From a virus (lineage: Duplodnaviria; Caudoviricetes), in IMG/VR virus record IMGVR_UViG_3300012942_000049, positions 1 through 62,079 of that record: a stretch of 62,079 nucleotides of DNA, one strand, 5' to 3'. The position numbers and the translations under genes were made by a program. This document shows, in pieces, positions 9,764 through 19,393 of the stretch (its first letter is position 1; every line of letters starts with the position of its first letter). The notes under the pieces were generated by a model that worked only from the letters and a program-made list of their open reading frames with translations, was not told where the DNA came from and ran no database searches.

Positions 9764-9940
9764 TTGTTCATCTTGGCTAGAACCGCAACAGGTAGACCCT
9801 CACTGCAACACGCCACTGATGACCTAGAAGTTACCCTCTGCGGTATAACTATGCGCGGATGGTCTAGAGCTTATCTCCCCCCAATTATTCCCCAGATTCT
9901 TTGTAAGAAATGTGGAAAGGCGCTCGGTGTCAAGGCCTGA
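9764..9940 (+). CDS. Small zinc-binding hypothetical protein
   Basis: TTG start after AGGAGA; H...LCG...CKKC. Confidence 0.5.
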   Translation: MFILARTATGRPSLQHATDDLEVTLCGITMRGWSRAYLPPIIPQILCKKCGKALGVKA

Positions 9941-10103
9941 TAGAAGTAAACACCTCCAGAATAAGAAGCGCCAAAACAAGCATACTACTTTCGCTGACTG
10001 CATAAGGTGTGGAAAGCGAGCCTATTGGAGTGAAGAAGCCCATCGATGGTTCCACACCAAGCCTTTGCGAGATGAAGACTGGCATCGGGTTAGTGTTGAT
10101 TGA
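9927..10103 (+). CDS. Small basic hypothetical protein
   Basis: GTG start; CIRCG...WFH. Confidence 0.5.
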   Translation: MSRPDRSKHLQNKKRQNKHTTFADCIRCGKRAYWSEEAHRWFHTKPLRDEDWHRVSVD

Positions 10104-10159
10104 CTGACAATACCAAGTTTGATAGCATGGTATTACTAAACTTTTTCTAGGAGCTCAAC

Positions 10160-11275
10160 TTGCCTGCTCAAAACATTGGGATGCCTTTGTCGGAACGCCC
10201 AAATAGTCTCTATTGGGATCCCACCGCCAATGATGGTCAAGGTGGTAGTATTACCACTCATTCAATGGTGAAGACCTTCCGGCGATGCCCAAAGCAGGCT
10301 GAGTATAAGTATTACCATCGACTTTTGCCCAAGCGACTCGGTTCTCCACTGAAGCGAGGAACTTGGGTACATGCGTTGTTGGAGGCTTATCACAGCGGGC
10401 AGGACTGGAAAGAGGTTCATGCTCGTTATAGCCATGAGTTTAATCAACTCTTCGATGAAGAGAAAGATTACTATGGCGACATGCCTACTGAAATCTACCG
10501 CATGATGAGTGCATACATATGGCACTATAAAAATGATCCCTGGGAATGGATTGATACCGAGTTTACGTTAGAGGCAAAGTTGCCAGATGGTACCATTGCT
10601 CGAGGTAAGATCGACTCCCTAATTCGTAACGCCTTTGGTCTATGGATTGTAGACCATAAGACTCACAAGTCTCTGCCTGACCATAACTTCAGACTGATGG
10701 ATGCTCAGTCTGCCGAATATCTTTGGTTGGCTCAAGAGAATGGTATTGAAGTTCAAGGCTTTATCTGGAACTACCTTCGATGGAAGCCCCCATCGGTTCC
10801 CAAACTTCTGGTCAAGGGTGACCGCATTAGTGATTCTGGTCTAGATACTGATTACCCCACCTTTGTTAGAGCACTGAAGAAGTACAAGCAAGAATCGCCT
10901 AACTTCCAAATCAGGGAGAAAGACCGTGAGCTTGCTCGATATCTAAAGTCGCAGCAGTATGAGTTTGGTAAACCTCAAACTTCCAGTTTCTTCCGTCGCG
11001 ACGTATTCGAGAAAACCCCTGATCTGCTTGAGCGAGTGATGCAGGGTTTTTACAGGACTTCTCAGCGACTCCATTCATATGACTTCAGTGATCCCGATAT
11101 GGTCGAGCGGGTACCTGAAAGAAGCTGCACCTTCGCTTGTAACTATGTTGACATTTGTGCTGCAGAACTTCTTACTGGAGATAGTAGATCACTCAGGAAA
11201 TCCAACTACAAGGTTGGCGATCCTAACTACTATTACAATGATAATGAAACCAAGTACGAGAAAGAGGAAAGATAA
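10160..11275 (+). CDS. Cas4/RecB-like PD-(D/E)xK exonuclease
   Basis: RCP, GTWVH, GKID...IVDHKT, C-terminal CxxxCxxxxxC; upstream promoter and AGGAG RBS. Confidence 0.85.
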   Translation: MPAQNIGMPLSERPNSLYWDPTANDGQGGSITTHSMVKTFRRCPKQAEYKYYHRLLPKRLGSPLKRGTWVHALLEAYHSGQDWKEVHARYSHEFNQLFDEEKDYYGDMPTEIYRMMSAYIWHYKNDPWEWIDTEFTLEAKLPDGTIARGKIDSLIRNAFGLWIVDHKTHKSLPDHNFRLMDAQSAEYLWLAQENGIEVQGFIWNYLRWKPPSVPKLLVKGDRISDSGLDTDYPTFVRALKKYKQESPNFQIREKDRELARYLKSQQYEFGKPQTSSFFRRDVFEKTPDLLERVMQGFYRTSQRLHSYDFSDPDMVERVPERSCTFACNYVDICAAELLTGDSRSLRKSNYKVGDPNYYYNDNETKYEKEER

Positions 11276-11276
11276 C

Positions 11277-11621
11277 ATGGATTACAGCGGTCACACAGGT
11301 CCCAATAAGGGATATGAGGAGGGTTCTGAAGGATGGACTCTCAATCAGACCAGGGTAATGACCCCAAGAGGTGATCAATACAACCTCAGTGCCCAGCTTG
11401 ATCGAGAAGAGGAGTACATCGATCAGCTGAATAAGTTGGTCGAGATGGCTCACCTGAGGCTTAGTCCAGTCCTTAAGCCGGAAGTCACTCCTGGTATGGT
11501 AAGTAGTGACGAGGCTGAGGCAATGATGGCCCCCCTTACGGCTCGAATCTATAGCCAAAACAATCGGTTGCGTCACGTAATCGATGGCCTTGAGTCGCTG
11601 CTTGGTTTGGCAGACCTCTAG
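11277..11621 (+). CDS. Hypothetical protein
   Basis: ATG after GAGG; coiled-coil character. Confidence 0.6.
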   Translation: MDYSGHTGPNKGYEEGSEGWTLNQTRVMTPRGDQYNLSAQLDREEEYIDQLNKLVEMAHLRLSPVLKPEVTPGMVSSDEAEAMMAPLTARIYSQNNRLRHVIDGLESLLGLADL

Positions 11622-12391
11622 TGGCAAAGGATTATAACTCCATCGCTCGAGAGCGAATTACCCATCCGGCAGATATCAAGCGGTTTCCCAAGCTGCTGAT
11701 CTACTCTCGTAACAAAAAGGGTAAGACTACCTTCGGTCTTTCTGCTGGTGTGGAAAAGACGCTAGTGCTCGACCCTGAGCATGGCACAGATGAAATGCAG
11801 ACCAAGAACCCCAATGTTTGGCATATCGAACGATGGGAAGACTTGGATGATGCATACAACTTCCTTCGGTATGGTAAGCATTCATACCAGTGGTGTTTGG
11901 TAGATGGTCTTACCAAGCTGAGCAATATGTCACTGAAGTATGTCATGAAGCTTCAGGAAGAGAAGAGCCTGGATCGTATTCCTGGGTTGGTTCAGCAACG
12001 AGACTATGGTAAATCTGGTGAGCTTATGAAGGATATGCTTACCCGTTTCCATGCCATGCCTATGGGGGTTGTCTTTACGGCTCAGGAACGAATGGAGCAG
12101 GCTCAAGACTCAGAAGAAGATGATGACATCGAGGATAACGATGCATACTTCATTCCTGACATGCCAAAGGGCGTGAGAGGCTATGCCAACTCCATTGTCG
12201 ATGTAATCGGTCGACTCTATGTAGCCAAGGTCGATGATAAGGCTGAGCGACGCCTATGGATTGGTGAGTCGCTTAAGTATGACACCGGTTATCGTTCAGA
12301 CTTCACATTGCCTGACTATGTTCGTAACCCGACTATTCCCAAGGTAGTTAGGCTTATGAGAACAGGATCAGCTGTAGTCAAGAAAGCATGA
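11621..12391 (+). CDS. AAA ATPase, Sak4-like single-strand annealing protein
   Basis: KKGKTT Walker A, LVDGLT Walker B, DVIGRL; lies between exonuclease and SSB. Confidence 0.8.
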   Translation: MAKDYNSIARERITHPADIKRFPKLLIYSRNKKGKTTFGLSAGVEKTLVLDPEHGTDEMQTKNPNVWHIERWEDLDDAYNFLRYGKHSYQWCLVDGLTKLSNMSLKYVMKLQEEKSLDRIPGLVQQRDYGKSGELMKDMLTRFHAMPMGVVFTAQERMEQAQDSEEDDDIEDNDAYFIPDMPKGVRGYANSIVDVIGRLYVAKVDDKAERRLWIGESLKYDTGYRSDFTLPDYVRNPTIPKVVRLMRTGSAVVKKA

Positions 12392-12461
12392 GGTTTATGA
12401 CTCCGTAACTGAGAGATGATATACTAATTCCACACCAGCCAATCACAAAGGGATAATATCA

Positions 12462-13244
12462 ATGGCAACCACAAAACAGGTCGACTTCTCGAACGTCAAG
12501 GATGGCGGTAACTTCAACAGACGCCGCGTTCCTGCAGGCGATTACCTTGCGGTGATCACCAAGGTCGAGGATGCCAAGGCCAAGGATGACGTTTTCCAGT
12601 ACCTCTTCTCGATTAAGCTCGTGAAGCGTCCTGCGTCGGTCTTCCCCTACTACTGCAAGCTTCAGGAGAACCAGCTCTGGAAGCTTCGGAACCTGCTCAT
12701 CGCCGGCGGTCTTAGCGTGCCTAAGAAGCGCCAGCGAGTCGATCCTAACCGACTCGTGAACAAGCAGATCGGGGTGACCATCGAGGATGCTGACTTCGAG
12801 GGCAAGGAACAGTCTGAAATCGCCGGTGTTTTCCCGGCGGCTGAACTCGATGACCAGGTGACTGGTGATGATGAGGATGAGCCGGAGGAAGACGAGGACG
12901 AGGACGAGGATGCCTCGGAGGACACCGACGAGGATGAGGCTGAAGACGAGGCTGAGGAAGCTGAAGATGAGGCTGATGAGGACGAGGCTGAGGAGGATGA
13001 AGAGGAAGAGGATCCTCTCGCTGCCCTCGACCGCAATGCTCTGAAGGCTGAAATCAAGAAGTTCCAGGCTGACTTCCAGGCTCGCAAGTCGCAGACTGAT
13101 GATGATCTGCGCGATGTGCTGCGCGAGAAGCAGGCTGCTGCAAAGCCGAAGACGAAGCCCGCGGTCAAGGCCACAACCAAGAAGAAGCCGATCAACGAGG
13201 TTTCTGATGACGAGCTCGAAGAGCTTGACATCGACTCCCTCTGA
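12462..13244 (+). CDS. Putative single-stranded DNA-binding protein (DUF669-like) with long acidic tract
   Basis: VDFS...VPAGDY...V motif; recombination module context; acidic C-terminus. Confidence 0.7.
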   Translation: MATTKQVDFSNVKDGGNFNRRRVPAGDYLAVITKVEDAKAKDDVFQYLFSIKLVKRPASVFPYYCKLQENQLWKLRNLLIAGGLSVPKKRQRVDPNRLVNKQIGVTIEDADFEGKEQSEIAGVFPAAELDDQVTGDDEDEPEEDEDEDEDASEDTDEDEAEDEAEEAEDEADEDEAEEDEEEEDPLAALDRNALKAEIKKFQADFQARKSQTDDDLRDVLREKQAAAKPKTKPAVKATTKKKPINEVSDDELEELDIDSL

Positions 13245-13318
13245 GAATCACTGGTGCTTGGGATGATAACTCAAGGTAGATGATTATCTGCTAAAGGCAT
13301 AAAAACGCAGCCAGTAGG

Positions 13319-13350
13319 CATGCCCCCGACTTTGAGTCGGGGGTATTGTC
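13319..13350 (+). terminator. Intrinsic terminator
   Basis: CCCCCGAC-TTTGA-GTCGGGGG hairpin. Confidence 0.75.
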
Positions 13351-13435
13351 TTGTGTGGATTCACCATATTCCTTGACTCCGCGAAAGCGGATCATATAAG
13401 ATTCTAGCGATCACCACGAAGGAAAGGAGGGGATC

Positions 13436-13735
13436 ATGAGTCAACCAGAATCTAGACTTAGTCGGAAGATCATGGATGCTCTTCGACTCGAGGGCTACTT
13501 TTGCTTTAAGGTCCATGGGTCGGAGTTCATGATGGCCGGTTTGCCTGACATTATCGTTTGCGCCAAGGGTCAGTTCATCGGACTGGAAACGAAGCTTCCC
13601 TCAACTCGAGGTGATGTTTCTCCCCGACAGCGATATGTCCACACCCAGATCGAGCATGCTGGTGGCACAGCTCAGGTAGTTTGTTCGCCGCAAGAAGCCC
13701 TGGATGTAGTGAATCGAGTATTGATCGATGCGTAG
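13436..13735 (+). CDS. VRR-NUC domain nuclease / Holliday junction resolvase
   Basis: E...AGLPDI...LETK...SPRQ; AAGGAGG RBS; upstream TTGACT promoter. Confidence 0.88.
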   Translation: MSQPESRLSRKIMDALRLEGYFCFKVHGSEFMMAGLPDIIVCAKGQFIGLETKLPSTRGDVSPRQRYVHTQIEHAGGTAQVVCSPQEALDVVNRVLIDA

Positions 13736-13991
13736 GGGTAGGAAATCATCCCATAGCGCCTCAGGGATTGTTCCTAGCGCTCCTTTAAGCTATGATGATC
13801 AGGTGCTTGCATGGCGTAAGAATCTGACAGAAACTGACTGTAGGAGCCTCGCCAGCGATTATCTTCGCGGCATAAAACAGCCAGATACTCATGATGCTTA
13901 TGATGAGTACCAAGAGCGATGGGGAGAGGCTGAGAGTAATCGGGCAGCTTCTCGAGATAAAAAGAAAGCCCGTCAATCGCGCTATGCATGA
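13728..13991 (+). CDS. Hypothetical protein
   Basis: Overlaps upstream stop. Confidence 0.5.
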   Translation: MRRGRKSSHSASGIVPSAPLSYDDQVLAWRKNLTETDCRSLASDYLRGIKQPDTHDAYDEYQERWGEAESNRAASRDKKKARQSRYA

Positions 13992-14148
13992 TTGATCAAG
14001 CAGCATATGATCGGCGATTAGGGATAAACCTCGCAATGCTGACAAACACTTCGATATGCGATGCGATATCATCATGAAGTCGGCTCAGATGCGGAGCACT
14101 CCCGATCTGCAGGCCTCTTCTAGCAACTTCTAGTTTAAGGAGGCCATC

Positions 14149-14391
14149 ATGGCCGTTGCAGCACGATTCTATGTAAGTGCCATTACTAAGCGTGCAGCCA
14201 ATACTGGCGGAATTCAGCTTGAACTTCTACCAGTTACTCGCGATCGATCGAATAATGACTGGAGTGAATATACTCCCAGCGGCAAGATTGAGATGTATAT
14301 CTCTCAAGGTGATGCTGTGAAGTGGTTCGAAGATCGACTCGGCAAGGATATAGCCATTACCTTCGAAGATCGTGATTCTTCAGAAGGATAA
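14149..14391 (+). CDS. Hypothetical phage protein
   Basis: AAGGAGG RBS; WSEYTPSGKIEM motif. Confidence 0.7.
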   Translation: MAVAARFYVSAITKRAANTGGIQLELLPVTRDRSNNDWSEYTPSGKIEMYISQGDAVKWFEDRLGKDIAITFEDRDSSEG

Positions 14392-14407
14392 GGTGGGGTA
14401 ACACAAA

Positions 14408-14457
14408 CCTAACCCCCGGTCAGGCAATTGGGGGAAGAACCTGATCGGGGGCTAGGA
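14408..14457. terminator. Bidirectional terminator between converging genes
   Basis: CCTAACCCCCGGTCAGG / CCTGATCGGGGGCTAGG inverted repeat. Confidence 0.7.
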
Positions 14458-14462
14458 GTGTG

Positions 14463-14681
14463 TTAAGCCTTGATGTAGGAGGTGTCACCTACTGGCTCGG
14501 GATGGGTGAGGCGATGGTATTCCATGTTCTTGCGGCGCTGCCTCTTGGATGGGTGAACCTCAAGGGTGCGTTCATCCTGCACCATGCGAGCCACTCGATC
14601 CTGATAGGGCGTACCCTGCTTGGGCTGCCGTTCGAATTTGATACCGGCCCTTTTACGGGCCTTGCGTGCTGCGTTGCTCAT
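14463..14681 (-). CDS. Small basic hypothetical protein
   Basis: MSNAARKARKRAG...; starts right after upstream stop. Confidence 0.55.
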   Translation of the reverse strand: MSNAARKARKRAGIKFERQPKQGTPYQDRVARMVQDERTLEVHPSKRQRRKNMEYHRLTHPEPVGDTSYIKA

Positions 14682-14682
14682 C

Positions 14683-15324
14683 TTAGTCGTCGAGCTCCAG
14701 GTCCTCGTCATCCAGCTCTTCGTCATCGAGGTCAAGTTCTTCAATCTCGTCGACTTCCTCGATCACCTCAGCGGGTGTGGAAGACTTGCTCTTTCCCTTG
14801 CCACGGCCGCCCCCCTGACCCCTTGCCGGCGCGTTTGCCTTGGCTGCGGTGAAGGCTTCCTTGATCTTCTCGACCTCGTCGGGGGTGAACTCATACCGAC
14901 CACCCGAACCGACTGCCTTGATCGGCGATGCAGCAGAGCGGAGGAACTGCCTGAGCGTCTTGGCCTCGATGTTCAGCTCAGTAGCGACGACTTTGGCAGG
15001 TACCGAGTCGGGCTTCACCTCGCGCTTCGGGGTTGACTTCTTCGAAGACTTCTTCGTTGCCGGCATGTCATCGATTTCATCCTGCTCTTCAGGCTCATCG
15101 AGTTCATCGTCTTCGGCCTCGTCGTCGACCTCTTCATCATCGACCTCATCATCGAGTTCCTCGTCGTCATCGAGCTCTTCATCAGAGTCCTCGAGGTCGG
15201 CCAGGGCGTCGATGTAGTCTCGCTTCTTCCAGCCAGACTCGGCTTCGATGTCGTGCTCTTCGATGAGTTCCTTGAGATCAGCCAGCGTCTTCTTGCTCAG
15301 CTCGGCCTCGGTGTAAAGCGCCAT
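14683..15324 (-). CDS. Acidic DNA-binding protein: N-terminal Rho-N/HeH-like domain plus HTH
   Basis: LSKKTLADLKELI...KKRDYIDAL; VATELNIEAKTLRQFLRS...GGRYEF; AAGGAG RBS. Confidence 0.7.
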   Translation of the reverse strand: MALYTEAELSKKTLADLKELIEEHDIEAESGWKKRDYIDALADLEDSDEELDDDEELDDEVDDEEVDDEAEDDELDEPEEQDEIDDMPATKKSSKKSTPKREVKPDSVPAKVVATELNIEAKTLRQFLRSAASPIKAVGSGGRYEFTPDEVEKIKEAFTAAKANAPARGQGGGRGKGKSKSSTPAEVIEEVDEIEELDLDDEELDDEDLELDD

Positions 15325-15375
15325 GTTTGGATTTCTCCTTAGTTATTGAATTAATCGCCCTTTAGCGATATGTAG

Positions 15376-15404
15376 ACTTTATCGGCATCGCCCATGCATG
15401 TCAA
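15376..15404 (-). promoter_or_regulatory. Promoter TTGACA-17-TAAAGT
   Basis: Same hexamers as the promoter at 705-733. Confidence 0.7.
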
Positions 15405-15423
15405 GGTGGGATGCAAACCTTTT

Positions 15424-15609
15424 TTAAATTGCTTGGCACTCCGTGTAATATGTACTGGGTAGCAAGTCAACCTTACAATGCCAGCAACAATAGTGTGTAT
15501 CTTCATTCGCTATTTCTTCAGCTGCTTCAGTCACTTCTATGTGAAGAGCATCATCATGAACCCTCACTTCTACTGGCATCATCCTCAATTGCACCCATTG
15601 ATGCTTCAT
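15424..15609 (-). CDS. Small zinc-binding hypothetical protein
   Basis: CWHC...C; operon context. Confidence 0.5.
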   Translation of the reverse strand: MKHQWVQLRMMPVEVRVHDDALHIEVTEAAEEIANEDTHYCCWHCKVDLLPSTYYTECQAI

Positions 15610-15781
15610 CCAGCTTAACCTCTGCTTCCACTATAGAATATGCTGCCATTGCATCGGAGAGTATATCTCCAATGGTCATCATCATGCCGGCCACAGCAAA
15701 ATGACCTTGGTTTTCCATCTGTTGTGCTACTTCACCCAAGGTTCTGTGGGTGGTAACCAGGTCCTCAATGGTTATAGCCAT
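15554..15781 (-). CDS. Hypothetical protein
   Basis: MAITIEDL start overlaps upstream stop. Confidence 0.55.
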   Translation of the reverse strand: MAITIEDLVTTHRTLGEVAQQMENQGHFAVAGMMMTIGDILSDAMAAYSIVEAEVKLDEASMGAIEDDASRSEGS

Positions 15782-16356
15782 CAGATGACTCGCGGTGCGA
15801 TAAAGGGTCGGTTGATGTCCCACTGCTGAGCATTGAGAGGATCACGCAAATCAACCACTCGTTCACTAGCCCCGCAGATGACGCATCGCTGAGTTGGCTC
15901 AGCAAGTGGCAGGGTATAACTGGATCCCTTGCGATTGAGATTAAGAGAGGCAATTCGCCATACAGTAGGACGGCGGCAATGGGAGCACCAATAATGCTGA
16001 TCCATGTCAGCCTCGATTCTGGGCTTCCACACCTTCGTGACTAGGATCGGCTTGTTCTTGGCGTCGAGTTTACCCTTTACCTTTACCGTGCGCACGGGGG
16101 GGATAAAACCGAGAGCTGGACAATTGATTGCCGCGTTCTGAATAAGGGGCTTCATCTTTTTGTACCCCTCAAAAGCTTCCTTGTAAGTAGCGAACTTCTT
16201 AGAACGGAAGGTTGATTCATCTTTCTTGAGGATGTACAATTTCCAGGGCAGCGTACCCTTATAATGTTCTGGTAACTTGGGTACCTTAGCGAAATATTCC
16301 CGATATGATGGATCACGGAGGAGTTCATCCAATGTGATCATTTCTGTTAGCGCCAT
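15781..16356 (-). CDS. Hypothetical protein with zinc ribbon
   Basis: GAGG RBS; WCSHC...CVICG; upstream minus-strand TTGACA/TAGCAT promoter. Confidence 0.7.
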   Translation of the reverse strand: MALTEMITLDELLRDPSYREYFAKVPKLPEHYKGTLPWKLYILKKDESTFRSKKFATYKEAFEGYKKMKPLIQNAAINCPALGFIPPVRTVKVKGKLDAKNKPILVTKVWKPRIEADMDQHYWCSHCRRPTVWRIASLNLNRKGSSYTLPLAEPTQRCVICGASERVVDLRDPLNAQQWDINRPFIAPRVI

Positions 16357-16580
16357 TTGTTCCTCTCAGCGATGCCCTGCAGCGTGATATTGCAATGCTA
16401 TCGACTGATCATAACGGTGTCAATATCAAAGTGGGGCATGACAATTTGACTGGGGTCAAATCATGCTTTAGCATTGACGCATTGCATTCCAAATGCACAA
16501 ACCAAGTACTCAATGCAACGACACCAAGTACTCAACGTCAAAGAACCCAAGATGTTAAGAGTGAATAGGGGATACGCAGT

Positions 16581-16787
16581 ATGACTAATAAGGTGAAACA
16601 TTGGGTGAACAACCCAATATATAAGGTTGGGTTCCAAGAGGGTCGACAACGAGGTCACCAGGATGTTCTTGATATCCTCGAGACTAAGTACATGAGTGAT
16701 AACATTGAGCGAGGCTCAGAAATGGGGGAAGCCATTCTTCAGCTTGCCAAAAATGTTGCTGAGGAACTACGTGGCAAGGTTAATTGA
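16581..16787 (+). CDS. Hypothetical protein
   Basis: RBS and operon position. Confidence 0.55.
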   Translation: MTNKVKHWVNNPIYKVGFQEGRQRGHQDVLDILETKYMSDNIERGSEMGEAILQLAKNVAEELRGKVN

Positions 16788-16981
16788 CTTCGATGATCTG
16801 GGTCATATAACTCTGGATCGTCCCAAAAAGTTCATAGTAAGATACCCCCGCGAGGAAGAACAAGCTAAGAGTATGACTGAGGTTCCTCGAGAACTTCGAG
16901 AAGTGGAAGATGATACTGAAGAATGATATCTATCCACTATCATCTGCTCCACATATTTTCTAACTACCAAGAAAAGAACTG

Positions 16982-19054
16982 ATGGTAACACGTTCACAGG
17001 TTGAAAAGTCACTCCGTCTTATCAGCCAAGCATGGGGAAAAAAACAACGAGGCTATGTTTTCTTTCCCTGGATTGATCGAATAGTCCAAATCAATACTGG
17101 AATCAGACGCAAGGGCTTCCATGAGGGAGACCCTTTTCAGTGGCCCGCGGATAAAGAGAAAATAATCGATCATATCCTTCTCCACACCAACGAGCGAGAG
17201 GGTCATGATGTCTATTGGTCAACCTCTCTTTTTGAGTATCCAATGCGACGAGAAGATGTTGCTATGGATGAGCATGCTCTATGGGCCGACCTTGATTATG
17301 TAGACCCTAGTACTCTCGATGAGTATCCTCCCACAATTGCATGGGAATCCTCACCTGGTCGTTATCAAGCACTATGGGTAGCACAAAGGGGTGATTTCCA
17401 GGGAGCCAGCTGGCCAGGCAATGAAAACCAGCGGATGACCTACTATATTGGGGCTGATGCCTCAGGCTGGGATTCTGTACAGTTATTGCGTGTACCTGGT
17501 CTGCCAAACCATAAGCCTGAGCATCGTCGAGAAGATGGTTCTTGGCCCGATGGTAAGATCCTCTGGTTCGATGGGCCTCGATACCTACCGGGTGACTTCA
17601 AGAACTTGCCCGAAGTTGCTGGTGCCAATACAGATGTAACCGATGCACTGATCAACGATATTGATGGTGTGGATCGACTGGAGGTAATCGCCAGTGTTCG
17701 ACTTAAGCTTAATCACCGGGCACGTGAACTACTCTCAGCTCGTGAAGCTTATGGTGATAAATCTGACTCTCTATGGTACCTCATCCGTTGTCTTGCGGAC
17801 GTCGGACTATCCATCGCGGAAATTGTTGCGGTCGTACGAGAGACGGTATGGAATAAGTTTCGAGATAGGCATGATGAGTTTCGTCGGCTTATCGCTGAAG
17901 CATCTAAAGCTATCGCTAAACGATCCGAAGAAACTACTCAAAAACTAGAAGAAGAAGCTGACGAGAATGAAGTTGAGCGTCCATCACCTCAGAGGTTGGG
18001 ATTCCTCCTCAAGAACATTAAAAAGCCAAAGTATCTTATTCAGGGTGTCCTTACAGAAGGAGCGTGTGGTTTTATTGCAGGTGAGCCGAAGTGCTATAAA
18101 TCCTGGGTCGGGCTGGATATGGCGCTCTCAGTTTCAACGGGGGCGGATTTCCTGGGTTACTTTAGGGTTCAAAATCCTGGGCCTGTCCTTTACATACAAG
18201 AAGAGGACCCCGCTCCAACCCTGAAGAACCGATCAGCTAAGATCTGGGTTAATAAGAGCACTGATAAGTTCGAGCTGGTTCACGAGGAAAACGCAGCAGG
18301 TCTTTATTGGCTACCTCCAGAACAGGATCAGTCATTCGACCCCAACATCAATGCCTACATCCAGCAAGGTCTTGTTATCAGTAATGAAGCGTGGCAACTA
18401 TGGCTCGATGAAACTCTTGCTGCTGGCATGGATGGAGAGCCATATCGCTTGCTCATCATTGATACGCTGATGATGACTGCAGGTGAGGTCGAAGAGAACC
18501 GATCCCAGGAAATGACCAACAAGATCTTCAAGCCGTTAAAGGTTCTATCAAGGAAGCACAATGTCGCAATTCAGGTCATACACCATATGGGGAAGTCGGA
18601 AAAGTCGCGTCCGGGTCAACGTATGCTCGGCGCCGTCGCTAATCATGCCTGGTCTGAGGATAGTATATATCTTAGTAGGTCTGGGATCGCGGACATACGC
18701 ATGGACTTTGAGTCCAAGACCATCCCGGCTCAGACGTATCGGATGACCGAACTCAATAACCTTTCATGGACACCCAATGTAAACCCTTGGCGCAATGATG
18801 AAGATCTAGACGCCAACGAAAATGGACAATACCCTCAGGCCGGTCAGCGCACTCGACGCTCACGCTCAAAGAAACCCGATCTATACAGCCAGGCCCTTTC
18901 TGAAGCACCCACTGGACTAACCACTGCACAACTCTCTGAGTTGCTGGGCACCAGCCGATCCGCAGTTCACCGCAAGATGGCCAGACTATATGATCAGGGC
19001 CACGTAGAGCGAGAGATCTTGCCCGATAAGTCGAATCGCTGGAAGCTCATTTAA
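16982..19054 (+). CDS. Primase-helicase (RepB-like primase, RepA/AAA_25 helicase, C-terminal HTH)
   Basis: LWADLD, ESSPGRYQALW, LLRVPG..NHK; GEPKCYKS Walker A, LIIDT Walker B; C-terminal HTH. Confidence 0.88.
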   Translation: MVTRSQVEKSLRLISQAWGKKQRGYVFFPWIDRIVQINTGIRRKGFHEGDPFQWPADKEKIIDHILLHTNEREGHDVYWSTSLFEYPMRREDVAMDEHALWADLDYVDPSTLDEYPPTIAWESSPGRYQALWVAQRGDFQGASWPGNENQRMTYYIGADASGWDSVQLLRVPGLPNHKPEHRREDGSWPDGKILWFDGPRYLPGDFKNLPEVAGANTDVTDALINDIDGVDRLEVIASVRLKLNHRARELLSAREAYGDKSDSLWYLIRCLADVGLSIAEIVAVVRETVWNKFRDRHDEFRRLIAEASKAIAKRSEETTQKLEEEADENEVERPSPQRLGFLLKNIKKPKYLIQGVLTEGACGFIAGEPKCYKSWVGLDMALSVSTGADFLGYFRVQNPGPVLYIQEEDPAPTLKNRSAKIWVNKSTDKFELVHEENAAGLYWLPPEQDQSFDPNINAYIQQGLVISNEAWQLWLDETLAAGMDGEPYRLLIIDTLMMTAGEVEENRSQEMTNKIFKPLKVLSRKHNVAIQVIHHMGKSEKSRPGQRMLGAVANHAWSEDSIYLSRSGIADIRMDFESKTIPAQTYRMTELNNLSWTPNVNPWRNDEDLDANENGQYPQAGQRTRRSRSKKPDLYSQALSEAPTGLTTAQLSELLGTSRSAVHRKMARLYDQGHVEREILPDKSNRWKLI

Positions 19055-19180
19055 AGATGCTCAACATCGCCATGATCCAATTTATCGAGGGCGATATATC
19101 GGGCGATTCAGAGAGCATTAGGGATTCACTGGAAATAAACTCTATTCGATATGCGCGATGCATCGAAAGAAAAATGCCTT

Positions 19181-19381
19181 ATGGATCGTGAAGAATTTCT
19201 CACATCAGTTGGAGTGATCTGCCCGCAATGCAAAGAAGTAATCAATGTACCCATTAAGGTGTGGATTCAAGATGCTGAGTTCGCCCACCTTGGTATGGCA
19301 CAGCTATGCACGGAGCCAATGATAGACGACTTATGGGTTCACATGTTTAACCATCAGCTTGACACAGATATAATTGATTGA
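19181..19381 (+). CDS. Small zinc-finger-like hypothetical protein
   Basis: CPQC...HMFNH. Confidence 0.45.
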   Translation: MDREEFLTSVGVICPQCKEVINVPIKVWIQDAEFAHLGMAQLCTEPMIDDLWVHMFNHQLDTDIID

Positions 19382-19393
19382 TAAGGTGATCAT

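Noticed and set aside
10160-11275. Cas4-like gene as a sign of a CRISPR system
   Set aside because: No repeat-spacer array or other cas genes; sits in a standard nuclease-recombinase-SSB module
12662-13231. Poly-Ser antisense ORF (likewise 14840-15217 and 196-747)
   Set aside because: Reverse-strand reading of GAG/GAC acidic tracts in real genes
13250-13315. preQ1-II riboswitch (TGGTGCTT resemblance)
   Set aside because: Rest of the consensus is not evident, and it lies 3' of a gene before a terminator
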